Both the position numbers and the translations under genes were made by a program. This document shows, in pieces, positions 1-9,928 of a DNA stretch of 64,000 bases. The notes beneath the pieces were generated by a model. The model saw only the letters and a program-made list of their open reading frames with translations. It did no database searches and was not told where the DNA came from. The DNA is from Patescibacteria group bacterium (GTDB lineage Bacteria > Patescibacteriota > Patescibacteriia > Patescibacteriales > UBA12465). The stretch covers positions 29,890 to 93,889 of the forward strand of contig JBAYKT010000001.1 in the NCBI GenBank assembly GCA_041664445.1, written 5' to 3'. Positions within the stretch are counted from its first letter, which is position 1. Every line of letters starts with the position of its first letter.

Positions 1-1083
1 ATGTTTTGCGCCCTTCCAGGCCAATAATCCTGCCCCAGCCGCCGCGCCAATCGCCAGCTTGTTGCCTGTGCTGGATATCTTCCCAGCGACACCAGCGGCC
101 GCACCGCCAATTTCTTGAGCGATTTTCATGCCACCCAAAAGCATGGCGATAGAAATCACAAACTTAATCATGATGTCAGTCGTGCCCTTCTGACAAACGC
201 CGCTCTCATCTTTCTGACAAGTAATCTTGTTAGGGTCTTGTGGGCTACCGTCAATTCCTAAGCTTTGATTATTAAAACTAACGAGCGAAGTAAATGATAA
301 CCAGATAAAGAAGGCTAATACCGGGCCGACAATCAAATTCTTAGTAAAATCGCTCCACCACATTGAAGAATATTTGGAACCGCCAGGAAAAGCTGCTAAC
401 AAATAAGCGAAGGGAGACAAAACAACATAAACCCAAATCATAATAATGCGCATCACGAGCATTCCCAACATGGCTGTTACTGTGATTAAAGCAATAGCCG
501 AATAAATAACTGATAGAACAAAGGCCCCGGCCACTTCCCAGCTGCTAACATCTTCAAAGCCGTCCAATTTCTGCCAACCGGTAATACCCAACATATCGAC
601 CAAGCCGCCAGCCATCACATCCTTAAAGGCATTAACAAAAGTTAACATCACCACTTGAGCGACATCAATTAACAACCCGCAAATAGTCTTGGAGAAGTTT
701 ATTAAGATTGCCATCAAAATCAACTTTGGTAGCCATTTCTTATAACTATAATTTTCCAAACGTAAAATTGTGCCAAAAGCGATAACCAGAAGAATAATCA
801 CAAAGAACATGTTGGAAATATCACGAGCAATCACCCAGCCATTAGCAACCGCCGCGGCGTGGATGAAATTATTATACTGAGCGATATAAACCAACACCGC
901 CATCACTTTCGCTAAAATCCAACCTAAAACCGAGGCAATGCCAGAAGCCAGGCCTCCAACTACCGTGGTCACCCAATCAGCCCGTGCCGCTTGTGGTAAA
1001 AGTAAAACTAAAGCCGCCAAAAACAAAATTACCGACAGGGCTTTCTGGTGATTATTAAATTTTAGTTTCCGTTTGAAATTCAT
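1..1083 (-). CDS. Polytopic integral membrane protein, C-terminus cut by window edge (VirB6/TrbL-like topology; family unverified)
   Basis: Not in the supplied track. Hand translation of the minus strand from ATG at 1083..1081 stays open for all 361 codons down to position 1. It begins MNFKRKLKFNNHQKALSVILFLAALVLLLPQAARADW (signal-peptide-like), followed by several hydrophobic helices (e.g. ISNMFFVIILLVIAFGTIL, MLGMLVMRIIMIWVYVVLSPFAYLL, LIVGPVLAFFIWLSF). There is a 7-nt gap to the upstream gene. Confidence 0.75.
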   Translation of the reverse strand, partial: MNFKRKLKFNNHQKALSVILFLAALVLLLPQAARADWVTTVVGGLASGIASVLGWILAKVMAVLVYIAQYNNFIHAAAVANGWVIARDISNMFFVIILLVIAFGTILRLENYSYKKWLPKLILMAILINFSKTICGLLIDVAQVVMLTFVNAFKDVMAGGLVDMLGITGWQKLDGFEDVSSWEVAGAFVLSVIYSAIALITVTAMLGMLVMRIIMIWVYVVLSPFAYLLAAFPGGSKYSSMWWSDFTKNLIVGPVLAFFIWLSFTSLVSFNNQSLGIDGSPQDPNKITCQKDESGVCQKGTTDIMIKFVISIAMLLGGMKIAQEIGGAAAGVAGKISSTGNKLAIGAAAGAGLLAWKGAKH

Positions 1084-1090
1084 ATTTATA

Positions 1091-1771
1091 TTAATTGGCA
1101 ATAGCGCTAGTAACTACGCCCCAGATAAGACTAAACTCCGAAGCATAAAACCCTATCGGGTCTTCAATTAGTTTTACTAAAAGGACAATAACCGCGACGA
1201 TGGCAATAATTACAATTAATAAAAGCAAGTCTAAACCAACTAATACCATCGACTCACCGATATTGGCGCAACTACTTCCATTTTTAATAGTTATATAACC
1301 TGACTGCCCACCAACAATGGCATTAACTGATTTAGCCCCACCTGATATACCTCCGGTCGTCCACTCATCTCCCAATTTACAAAAAAAATCTCTACCAACC
1401 ACTAAACTCAAAAAAACATGAATATTTATCCAAATTAGGGTTAAGCCCCAACTGGGGATTAAATTAATCCAGGCGTCTTGCAATAATCTACTGGTTCCCT
1501 GACGCATTGGCGCGGCTGCTTTTTGTTTTAGACCGCCGCCAGATTTAGATTCCTCAGCCGCTTGTTTTCTTTTTTCAGCAATAACGGCCTCTCTTAAAGT
1601 TTGTGGCTCCGCAACTGACCCATCTTCAGAATCAGCGCCGCTTCTCTTGGCCTCATTTAAAGCCCCGGCTTTAGTTGCGCTGTTAGCATCGCCATCTTTT
1701 CCCATTAGGCGACTATCAAAATTGGAATCAAAGCCGGTTCCGGAATTGGAGCGGTCGTCGCTGGTCGCCAT
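1091..1771 (-). CDS. Membrane protein with a low-complexity N-terminal half and two predicted TM helices flanking a 2-Cys loop
   Basis: 226-aa ORF located 6 nt downstream of the giant gene. The N-terminal ~100 aa are Ser/Asp/Gly/Ala/Lys-rich. The C-terminal half has WGLTLIWINIHVFLSLVV and MVLVGLDLLLLIVIIAIVAVIVLLV helices around a loop containing two Cys (FFCKLGDEW...GSSCANIGE). Confidence 0.7.
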   Translation of the reverse strand: MATSDDRSNSGTGFDSNFDSRLMGKDGDANSATKAGALNEAKRSGADSEDGSVAEPQTLREAVIAEKRKQAAEESKSGGGLKQKAAAPMRQGTSRLLQDAWINLIPSWGLTLIWINIHVFLSLVVGRDFFCKLGDEWTTGGISGGAKSVNAIVGGQSGYITIKNGSSCANIGESMVLVGLDLLLLIVIIAIVAVIVLLVKLIEDPIGFYASEFSLIWGVVTSAIAN

Positions 1772-1777
1772 ATTTAA

Positions 1778-4700
1778 TTAATTACTCTTATTATCCCAGT
1801 TATCCCAGATGTTAACAATTATATTTTTATTAGGGTTCTGATTTCCAACACTAACCCCAGTGGCAAGTGGGCCGTAATAATGATAGAAAATATGAGGATT
1901 ATTAGAGTCACTTCTTTGATCTTGACCAGTAATTGCCTGCTTACTATCATCACCCCAATTAATATAAATCATCTTGAGTGGCTGCTGTTCAGGGTCTACT
2001 ATAGTATTAAATTCTAAGCTGTAGACGCCAGAAACACTAACCGTATTTTGATCAACACCATTCAACTTCAATTTTATATTTTCAACCTTCGGCAATTCGC
2101 CATTCTGTCCGACTGGCGGCAACCAACCACCGTCATCATCTGGTAAATAACTGCCAGCTTGATACTTAAAGGCGCCGTAAGATTGCAAGAATAGCTCTTT
2201 TAAGATGTCCTTGGTAGTATCAGAATCAGGTGCTGATGTCCATAATGGCCGACAAACACCGAAACCGCCATCAGAACAAGTCTTTCTATTTATATAATCA
2301 TTATCAGCTCTAGTGCTGGGCGTACAAACCGTAGTAGCTGTTTGACAGGTGCCTGATTGGTCAACTATCCAATCACAACCACCGGGTTCATTTGCTCCTG
2401 GGCAGCGATATTCTTCGTAACTACTACAATTATTATTAATATTTGCTTGAGGATCCATTGATTCACAACGCCCAGAAGATCCTTCGCAAAACCCAGCAGA
2501 ACAATCCGCAGAACTATCGCAACTATCCCCTGAATCAACGTAAGTTGTTATGCAGTTTTGGCTTGAAATAGCACCCGTGTTATTAAATACACACATTACA
2601 CTTGGATTATCGCTACAATAACCGATATTATTGCAGGCTGTACCGGTACAACCATAGGGGCGACCACCAAAAACAGTGGCATCATCTTTTTGATAATATT
2701 GATTTTGCAAATAAACCGGACCGCTATTTAATAAATCATAACTACTCGGTAGGACCGAGGAACCGAAAGGTACCCCATTACGTAGGCGCCCATATAAATT
2801 CAAACCATTGGCGGCGGCAACATCATTAAAGAAAAATGGGGTATTTGTGGCATAAGCCGGATTGGCCAAGATTCCAGTTCTGCCGGTCCAAGCCTTATTA
2901 TCGCCATTACCGGCAACTACCTGCGCAAAATTACTGCAAGTAAAGTTAAAGACATCACTGCGGTCACCATTAACAGCGGATAAATATTTCAGACCAGATT
3001 CATCAAAGGCTGGATAATTATTGTCATAGATTCTAATTGGCGGGTCAGCATTTTTAGCTTCGTCAATTGGGAAACAATCACCTTGAGCAACATCGTCACA
3101 TGTACCCACTGGTTGAATTATAAATTCGCCATCATATTTAACCCAGGCCGAATCATAAAATTTGATATCAGTGCAACCAGTGCCCGAAACATCACCAATG
3201 TATTCAAGGCTCATAGCATTGCTCTCCGGACCAACTCCAAATAAGAAATTAGGGTTCCCTTGTTCCGCTGTTCGAGGAACGCAATAAAGATAATAATTAT
3301 TCCAACTAGCGACATCATTAATTAATATTGCTCGATAGTTAACGGAATCTCCACATCTGCCAAGTGCATGGCTAGCACTTAATTCGAAACAACCTTGATT
3401 ATCATCAGCAATACCAAATTGCCCTTTTCGGCTATCTGTATTATAAACCAACTTGGTCGTAATCTTCTTAGCAAAGGAAATATTGGCATCAACGTTCGTA
3501 CAATAACTTAAGCTGGTCGGACCAGAGTAACCCAAACTTTGGCGACCCAAAACCGAGGAACTAACCCTATCAGCTGGATACCAACTAATACAAACCGAAG
3601 GATTATCTTTATCATGTTCTAAACAATACCCCTCCAAACCATCCTTAATAACGTTGGTGCTTTGATTTTTACAGCTCAAGCTGTCATTGGTCGGATATAA
3701 ACGGCATTCACGTGCCGCATACTGGTTATTACCCATTGCTAAGACTGGTTCAATATTAATATCATCAAAATAAATTTCCCCGGCCTGGGTATTATCAGAG
3801 GAAAGTCTAATTCTTACTTGAACATTATTAAATCGGGCATCACCAGAGTTAAACTTACTTATCTTTCTAGCCCAACCGTTAGTACTGGAGGCTGTAAATT
3901 GGGTTGTAATCGTGGAATCTCTAAACTCAATCGTTATCTTAGCATCCGAACTAGAATTCTTAGTATTCAATAAATAATTCAAATAATAGTCTTGATTAGG
4001 CGACAAGTTAATCCAAGAATTAGCGGACATCGGATAGACATTATAAGTTGAAGGCACTTTCAAATAGCTCTTGCCGGAAACGGGGTAATCAACCGTCGCT
4101 TTTTCCGGCTCACGAATTATTAAATTCTTAACAATACTATCAAACAGACAAGGACCGCCGGTAACAGCACGAACACAAGATAGCGGTGGAATAATTTCTT
4201 CAAAATCATAGTGAGCTTCGCTATTCAAACCAACTTCCTTCATATTACCAATATTATTTGGAGTCAAAGAATTGGCGCTTAAAGAGGAATAGCCGGTCGC
4301 ATTTTCTAAAGGCGGGGGAGTGGCGTTGGCAATAAAATTATTACACTCGCCTTTATCGCTAAGGCTGTTGCATTGTTGTAAAGAATAACAAATCTTGGCT
4401 CCAGTTTCGGGGTCAGTGGCATACGTCGTGCATCCTAACCAGCTAGCACAAACTCTATCCGGTCTAACTTTGATAAGTTGGTTGGCCGCGCAAGAGCCAC
4501 TAATGGCCGAGTCGCACTTTTCTGGAGAACGTTTTTCCAGGGTCGCATATGGGTCAAAGGCGCCGGTTAATTTAGTATAGCTAATGGCCGCCGGAGTGCT
4601 GCTGGCGCTGGAAATTGCTCTTTCGTTAAACAGAATACAACCGTTACTAAAATCTTCAATGCCATTACAACTACCCTTATCTAGCGCATTTTCCAATTGG

Positions 4701-7700
4701 TAACCAATGGCCGCCTCCCTAATATCGGCGGAAGTATTATTAACTGTAACTGTAGTATTTTCAAAAGAATTAAAGACAATCGCCTTGGTAGTGGCGCTGA
4801 TTGATAAGCGGGTAACTTCACCACTATAATTATTATCAGCGAGAAGATATCTGACGGGAGACGTAAATGTTATAGCCGGAATACTTGAATTATTCTTACG
4901 CTCTATAACATAAAGGGTATTCTTTTTTAATTTTGCCGATGAGTCGCTCGTAATATTCAAATTAGGGTTAAGCTTGCTAACCGGGTCAATATATTCGCTA
5001 CAAGTTGAAGCTTGAATCTCGCATAAACCAACCTCCTTATTTGGAACTGGAACCCTATTCCCTTCGCCACCAACGCCGATAGTTTTCAGATAGGAAATTT
5101 CGCAAGCATAGTCGTTATTATCAATAATACAAGGTTTGCCGGCACAATCATTAGTGCTTAAGCAGCTAGGATAATTCTTTTCAGTTCCTGCAATTTGACC
5201 GTTAGAATCAGCGTCGCAACGTTTAACCGGAGCTAAATACCAACTCTTCTGAGACGCGGTAGTAGCTGCAGTCCCTGCCGAAGCATTACGATAAACGCAA
5301 ACTTTATTGCCCGGGTCGCGGAAATAGCTCAAACCACCATCTTCAGCATCCTTCCATTCTTCACAACCGACACCTTCTTGGCCACACAAAATAGTATCAT
5401 ATTTATTAGGATTGTTTTTCTTGAAAACATCAGAATAAACTTTACCGGAACCGGAAACTTGAGATTGACCCAATAAGCTGCAGCCTAAGTCGGCCTGATT
5501 ACACTGCTTGCTCTTATCATAAATAACATACATCGCGCTGTCTGCCTTAACTTTGGTGCAGTTCAGCTCGCTAGCGTCGCATTGACCATTGCGGTTATCA
5601 TCACCCCAGAGACCAACACCATAAGGATTATAATTTTGAGTACCGATTACTTGTTCACAACCGACCGAAGCCGAGTCGCAAATACCGGAGAAGGAACGAA
5701 GATTATGATTGACACTGGAACGGTCAGAATAAGCCGCGCAACCTAAATTGTATTCTGCCCCCTGATAAGTGTCATAAATATCGTAGAAACAAACGTTAGG
5801 AATTTGGCTGGAATTTTTAATCAAATAATAACGATCGGTAATTTCCGTTAAAATAAAGTTATCCAGATAAAAATTACCATTAGCGGTTACTGCTAAAATT
5901 TCTGTAGCCGCAACTTCGTGGTCTAAATTATCTAAATTAGCGGAGTAAACTTGCCAAGCACCGCCGGCAGCTACTCGAAGCGTATTTCCATTATTAAAGG
6001 CGGATTTGGCGCCAGTATCTTTATTATAGAAATAAAGCTCTAGATCTGCACCGCCAGCCGAACTGGCCAAAAATTTAATACTATACGATTTTCCCTGAGA
6101 AACGCCATTGCCAACTTTTAACTGTGCCGCAAGATTAGCGCCGGCAAAAATCTGTTTAATAAGCGGGCTACTCTTAGCTAAAACGTGGGTATCGCTGCCA
6201 ATTGCCGAACAGGCGCTAGCGCTATTATTATATAGTAATGAGTGGCCGTTCTTACTGCTGGAGATAGCGGCCAAACTAATGCCGTTAGTACAGTTAGATG
6301 TCCAAGCACTAGTATTATTTTCAAAATCGTAAGAAGAAACTAAGCGAACATTGTTACCGGTATTGCCATTATATTCACGGCAACCATTATCGGCGGCGCT
6401 ACAAGTTTTCCCTTCTCCAGGAATGCCTTGATAGACACAAGCTTGATGGGTATTATCCCAAACACCACCATTCACACAGACAGAACAAGCACCCGCGGCA
6501 CTATCCCAATGTTTTTCAACACCGGTGCATTGAGTCTGTGATAATTGAGAATCATAATTCTTATCAGTCATGCGGTAAGCGCGACAATCATCAGAACAAG
6601 TAATTACTCGGGAATTTAAGTGATAGAAAACTTGACCGGCGGCGTTATAAAATTCACGGCAATCAGCATTATAAAGAGCGCTGGTAACCGAAGCATTATA
6701 AATAGCGGCGTTGCATAAGGCGCTATCGTTAGAAGTTACAGCCGGTCCGTTATTGCTAGTATCTTGTTTTAAGCTGGATAATTTTAATTGATAACCGTTA
6801 TCCGTGCCCTCCCAAGAATAGAAACTGGCGCAAGTCGTTTGATTTGGTTTAACGCATTGTTTTAAAGCCGAGTAGTATTCTCTCTGTTCGCCTCCGGCCG
6901 CGACATCGTCCAAATTAGTAAACTCATTACAACCGACCGCTTCGGCGTTACATTCCTTGGCAGTTTTCGGAATTAAATTTTCAGCAGTAGTTGGATTGAA
7001 ATATGTTTGTCGAGAAACATAGACATCGTAACCGACGCATTCTGAAGGACAATAATCGGCATTAGAAACTTTAGCCGGAACTGAGAAAACATTATTTTTA
7101 ACTGATTTAAAGAGTTCGCAGCCAACTTCTTCCGAAGAGCATTTGCGGGCATAATTTGCGCATTTAGCTGGCGCATTCGCTTTCAAATGATAACTTAAAC
7201 CATCAGTACTTGTTTCATAACAAGCACTTTCCAAATAAGGTGGTAATAATTTTTGATAAATCTTAGAAGCACCGTAAGAACTATAACCGGTGTCCCAATC
7301 GCTCATTTCAAATTTAATATTTTTGACATATAAGACTACCTGCCCGGAGGCTGAGGCCGTTATGGAAAACATCAACTGGCTGATACTGCTGGCCTTCCCG
7401 ACAATACTCGCATGCTGCCAAGAACCGCTAGTGCTTGTTTGATAAACCGCTTGGTTAACGCCGGCCGGACCGATAGCCAGCTTAACGTTATTACCGGTTG
7501 CCAAATAAACATCAGCGCTTAAAGTATAGGATTGACCGGCCACCAAATCTAAATTAGCTGGCAATAAAGAATTACTAGAATCGGAAAATACTGAAACAAC
7601 ACCGGTGTTGCTGGATAATTTCAAAGCCTTGCCCGTAGTAGAACCGGGCTCAACCGCGCTGTCAACAATTATCGCCTGGAAAGAACCGCCAGCGGCTAAT

Positions 7701-9928
7701 GGCCAAGAATTTAAGAAAGAATTAGTTGAAGAAGCTCCGAGCGCCTCGCTGCTAAAATCAGAATCCATTACTAGGTTTGCTCCCCAAGTCGGCTTAATTC
7801 TAATGAATTCCGAACAACCCTCATCTTTAGAAGAACAATTTTCGGCATTTTTATTCAAATAAACATTTTGCGCCGGATTCCAAGTAATGGTACCACTGGT
7901 TGAGTTATAAGAACCATTATTAGAATATTCTTTACAACCAGCATTTTCTAAACTGCAATTACCATAATCAAGAGTATTTTCCAAATAAGCAATTTTTTGG
8001 TTGGAAGAAGTGTTGGTAAAAGCCTGGCAAGTATTGTTAACCGGGGCGCAGGAATCGCCATCAAAGCTCCAGGTTCTCTTCTCTTCATTACAATAACCGA
8101 AAGCATCGCAACCGCCGCTGCTGTTTTCCTTGATACAGCTTTGGTTATCAGCGCAATAATCTTCCGCGCGCACTACGGTAACTTGACTGGCAACATATTC
8201 ACTATATTGAGTAGCCGCTTGTGAAGGAGTAACGTTTTTATTTAAAATCTGAGCGCTAACGCCATCTTTTTTACAAAAATTAAGCGGCGCTTTCAAAACC
8301 CAATTAGGGTCGACTAGGCCAGTGCACCAGGCTTGATTATCATCATCGAAATCAGAACTAAAAGTACTATATTCATCATCAGGCGCAAAACAAGAGACTA
8401 AATCTCCTAAAGTTGCCTTGGTTTTATCATCGGGATTAGTGACATTATAATTTTTAATTTTTTGCAAAGCGGTTTCCCAGCTGAGTGGTAAAATACGAAA
8501 TTCTCTTAAAATAGCGATATTACGCCAAGAATAACTGCTTTCATAACTGCCCGGCAAACTATCAACCGTCAATTGCCAATCGCCGTGCAGATAACCACTA
8601 GCAATTGCTTCAGCAACTGTCTTTTTTTCGGTTATTCCCTGCATTAACTTATCATCAATCACACAGTTAGTGGGACCCGGATTATTTTTATCCGGACAAG
8701 TGGCTAGTTCCGATAAAATGTCATATTGGGAGCCATTCCCAAAGCTTGGGGTAATCAGTTTAGTGGTCACTGCTTTAAGTGCCACTTCACCGCCACCAGA
8801 ACCAGGATCGCTTTCGTTGGTGGTTCCGGTAATAGACGCCGTGCTGGCAGTTTTCTTACCGATATTTTGCATTAAATTGTTAAAAGCAGAAATAGCGAGT
8901 TGATTCAAAAAGACATTGGCGGCATCAACAAAGGCGTCACCGGTATATTTACCGAAATTAGCGGCATATTCAGCCGATTTAGATTCAACCTGAAGTTGCG
9001 CGGCATTAGGCAGAGTTTTAGATGACCCGCTAATAGCCAAGGAGTCCAGCCAACCGCCCTTACCCGTCAAGGTAGTTTTGGCCACTGATTCAGCTTCAAT
9101 TTTTTCGCCCATCATATCAGTACTCGCCGTCCAATAAATTCCCAAGTCGCTGGAAGTCGGATCGAATAAACTAGGTAGAGTTTTTTCCAAAAAATCAGGG
9201 CTGGTAACATCTTTATATTTAGCGGCGGCATCGCTCCAATTCTTAACCATTTGCGAAGCAGTACAGCTTGGTCCTTGAGGACGACTCTGATTAGCCAATC
9301 CTAAACCAATTTTAACTTTTGATTCTAAAGAAGATGGCTGACAAAAATTAACGGTCAGACCACTAGATTTAACACCGGCAGCACAACTGTTAGCCGTTTT
9401 TTGACAAGCAGCATTACAATTTAAAGCCTCTGTAGAATTTGATTGTCCTAAATAACGGCTAGCGCATTTACTAAGACAGCTTTGATAATCATCAGTACAA
9501 CCGGCCGTGCTGTTACTGCCCTCAGAATAATTGTTAGCAAAATTTTCTAAAAAAGTTCCCGCCGCTTCATCGCCGATTTGCGCCATATAGGCTCCCCAAT
9601 CCTGAGTAACAAATAATGGCTTTTGACCTTGTCCGCCGGAACCGACCCAATTGGCGGTATCATAGGCCATTTTATTCAAAGCGGTTCTAAGCGTTTGCTG
9701 AAAGGCGAGTGAAGCGCTTTTTTTCAAAAGAGTCCCCGATATATTAGTAATCTTGTCCCAAATTAATTTGGGGATATCAGTGACGACCATCTGTGCTCTG
9801 GCGACTTTTATTGGAACCAGCGCGACAGTAAAGATTAAAACACAAAACAGCACAAAAACTTTAATTTTTTGGCTTAAAGCTTGATGCTGCTTCTTTGAAA
9901 ATAAAGAAGGCTTCATTTTATTCTTCAT
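1778..9928 (-). CDS. Giant (2,716 aa) cysteine-rich secreted/surface protein with three jelly-roll (CBM-like) modules and a PKD-like C-terminal domain; putative adhesin
   Basis: Uninterrupted 8.15-kb ORF with an N-terminal signal anchor (VFVLFCVLIFTVALVPIKVARA). About 100 Cys by hand count (~3.8%). A G-C-x-E-[FYW]-type motif recurs. Three segments end in YVKNIKFE / FYLDNFILTEI / IYFDDINIEPV, typical of the last strand of carbohydrate-binding jelly-roll modules. The C-terminus has IYINWGDDS...NPHIFYHYYG (PKD-like WxFGDG...H.Y pattern). Confidence 0.9.
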   Translation of the reverse strand: MKNKMKPSLFSKKQHQALSQKIKVFVLFCVLIFTVALVPIKVARAQMVVTDIPKLIWDKITNISGTLLKKSASLAFQQTLRTALNKMAYDTANWVGSGGQGQKPLFVTQDWGAYMAQIGDEAAGTFLENFANNYSEGSNSTAGCTDDYQSCLSKCASRYLGQSNSTEALNCNAACQKTANSCAAGVKSSGLTVNFCQPSSLESKVKIGLGLANQSRPQGPSCTASQMVKNWSDAAAKYKDVTSPDFLEKTLPSLFDPTSSDLGIYWTASTDMMGEKIEAESVAKTTLTGKGGWLDSLAISGSSKTLPNAAQLQVESKSAEYAANFGKYTGDAFVDAANVFLNQLAISAFNNLMQNIGKKTASTASITGTTNESDPGSGGGEVALKAVTTKLITPSFGNGSQYDILSELATCPDKNNPGPTNCVIDDKLMQGITEKKTVAEAIASGYLHGDWQLTVDSLPGSYESSYSWRNIAILREFRILPLSWETALQKIKNYNVTNPDDKTKATLGDLVSCFAPDDEYSTFSSDFDDDNQAWCTGLVDPNWVLKAPLNFCKKDGVSAQILNKNVTPSQAATQYSEYVASQVTVVRAEDYCADNQSCIKENSSGGCDAFGYCNEEKRTWSFDGDSCAPVNNTCQAFTNTSSNQKIAYLENTLDYGNCSLENAGCKEYSNNGSYNSTSGTITWNPAQNVYLNKNAENCSSKDEGCSEFIRIKPTWGANLVMDSDFSSEALGASSTNSFLNSWPLAAGGSFQAIIVDSAVEPGSTTGKALKLSSNTGVVSVFSDSSNSLLPANLDLVAGQSYTLSADVYLATGNNVKLAIGPAGVNQAVYQTSTSGSWQHASIVGKASSISQLMFSITASASGQVVLYVKNIKFEMSDWDTGYSSYGASKIYQKLLPPYLESACYETSTDGLSYHLKANAPAKCANYARKCSSEEVGCELFKSVKNNVFSVPAKVSNADYCPSECVGYDVYVSRQTYFNPTTAENLIPKTAKECNAEAVGCNEFTNLDDVAAGGEQREYYSALKQCVKPNQTTCASFYSWEGTDNGYQLKLSSLKQDTSNNGPAVTSNDSALCNAAIYNASVTSALYNADCREFYNAAGQVFYHLNSRVITCSDDCRAYRMTDKNYDSQLSQTQCTGVEKHWDSAAGACSVCVNGGVWDNTHQACVYQGIPGEGKTCSAADNGCREYNGNTGNNVRLVSSYDFENNTSAWTSNCTNGISLAAISSSKNGHSLLYNNSASACSAIGSDTHVLAKSSPLIKQIFAGANLAAQLKVGNGVSQGKSYSIKFLASSAGGADLELYFYNKDTGAKSAFNNGNTLRVAAGGAWQVYSANLDNLDHEVAATEILAVTANGNFYLDNFILTEITDRYYLIKNSSQIPNVCFYDIYDTYQGAEYNLGCAAYSDRSSVNHNLRSFSGICDSASVGCEQVIGTQNYNPYGVGLWGDDNRNGQCDASELNCTKVKADSAMYVIYDKSKQCNQADLGCSLLGQSQVSGSGKVYSDVFKKNNPNKYDTILCGQEGVGCEEWKDAEDGGLSYFRDPGNKVCVYRNASAGTAATTASQKSWYLAPVKRCDADSNGQIAGTEKNYPSCLSTNDCAGKPCIIDNNDYACEISYLKTIGVGGEGNRVPVPNKEVGLCEIQASTCSEYIDPVSKLNPNLNITSDSSAKLKKNTLYVIERKNNSSIPAITFTSPVRYLLADNNYSGEVTRLSISATTKAIVFNSFENTTVTVNNTSADIREAAIGYQLENALDKGSCNGIEDFSNGCILFNERAISSASSTPAAISYTKLTGAFDPYATLEKRSPEKCDSAISGSCAANQLIKVRPDRVCASWLGCTTYATDPETGAKICYSLQQCNSLSDKGECNNFIANATPPPLENATGYSSLSANSLTPNNIGNMKEVGLNSEAHYDFEEIIPPLSCVRAVTGGPCLFDSIVKNLIIREPEKATVDYPVSGKSYLKVPSTYNVYPMSANSWINLSPNQDYYLNYLLNTKNSSSDAKITIEFRDSTITTQFTASSTNGWARKISKFNSGDARFNNVQVRIRLSSDNTQAGEIYFDDINIEPVLAMGNNQYAARECRLYPTNDSLSCKNQSTNVIKDGLEGYCLEHDKDNPSVCISWYPADRVSSSVLGRQSLGYSGPTSLSYCTNVDANISFAKKITTKLVYNTDSRKGQFGIADDNQGCFELSASHALGRCGDSVNYRAILINDVASWNNYYLYCVPRTAEQGNPNFLFGVGPESNAMSLEYIGDVSGTGCTDIKFYDSAWVKYDGEFIIQPVGTCDDVAQGDCFPIDEAKNADPPIRIYDNNYPAFDESGLKYLSAVNGDRSDVFNFTCSNFAQVVAGNGDNKAWTGRTGILANPAYATNTPFFFNDVAAANGLNLYGRLRNGVPFGSSVLPSSYDLLNSGPVYLQNQYYQKDDATVFGGRPYGCTGTACNNIGYCSDNPSVMCVFNNTGAISSQNCITTYVDSGDSCDSSADCSAGFCEGSSGRCESMDPQANINNNCSSYEEYRCPGANEPGGCDWIVDQSGTCQTATTVCTPSTRADNDYINRKTCSDGGFGVCRPLWTSAPDSDTTKDILKELFLQSYGAFKYQAGSYLPDDDGGWLPPVGQNGELPKVENIKLKLNGVDQNTVSVSGVYSLEFNTIVDPEQQPLKMIYINWGDDSKQAITGQDQRSDSNNPHIFYHYYGPLATGVSVGNQNPNKNIIVNIWDNWDNKSN

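Noticed and set aside
2602-8903. Six plus-strand ORFs of 61-85 aa (2602-2829, 4395-4580, 6108-6332, 7605-7862, 7997-8224, 8670-8903) and a minus-strand alternative-frame ORF (6973-7176), all inside the giant gene.
   Set aside because: All lie entirely within the 8.15-kb ORF. Their compositions are low-complexity or odd (for example YRYNNRYYCRLYRYNHRGD), and none has its own promoter or terminator signals. They are typical shadow ORFs of a long gene.
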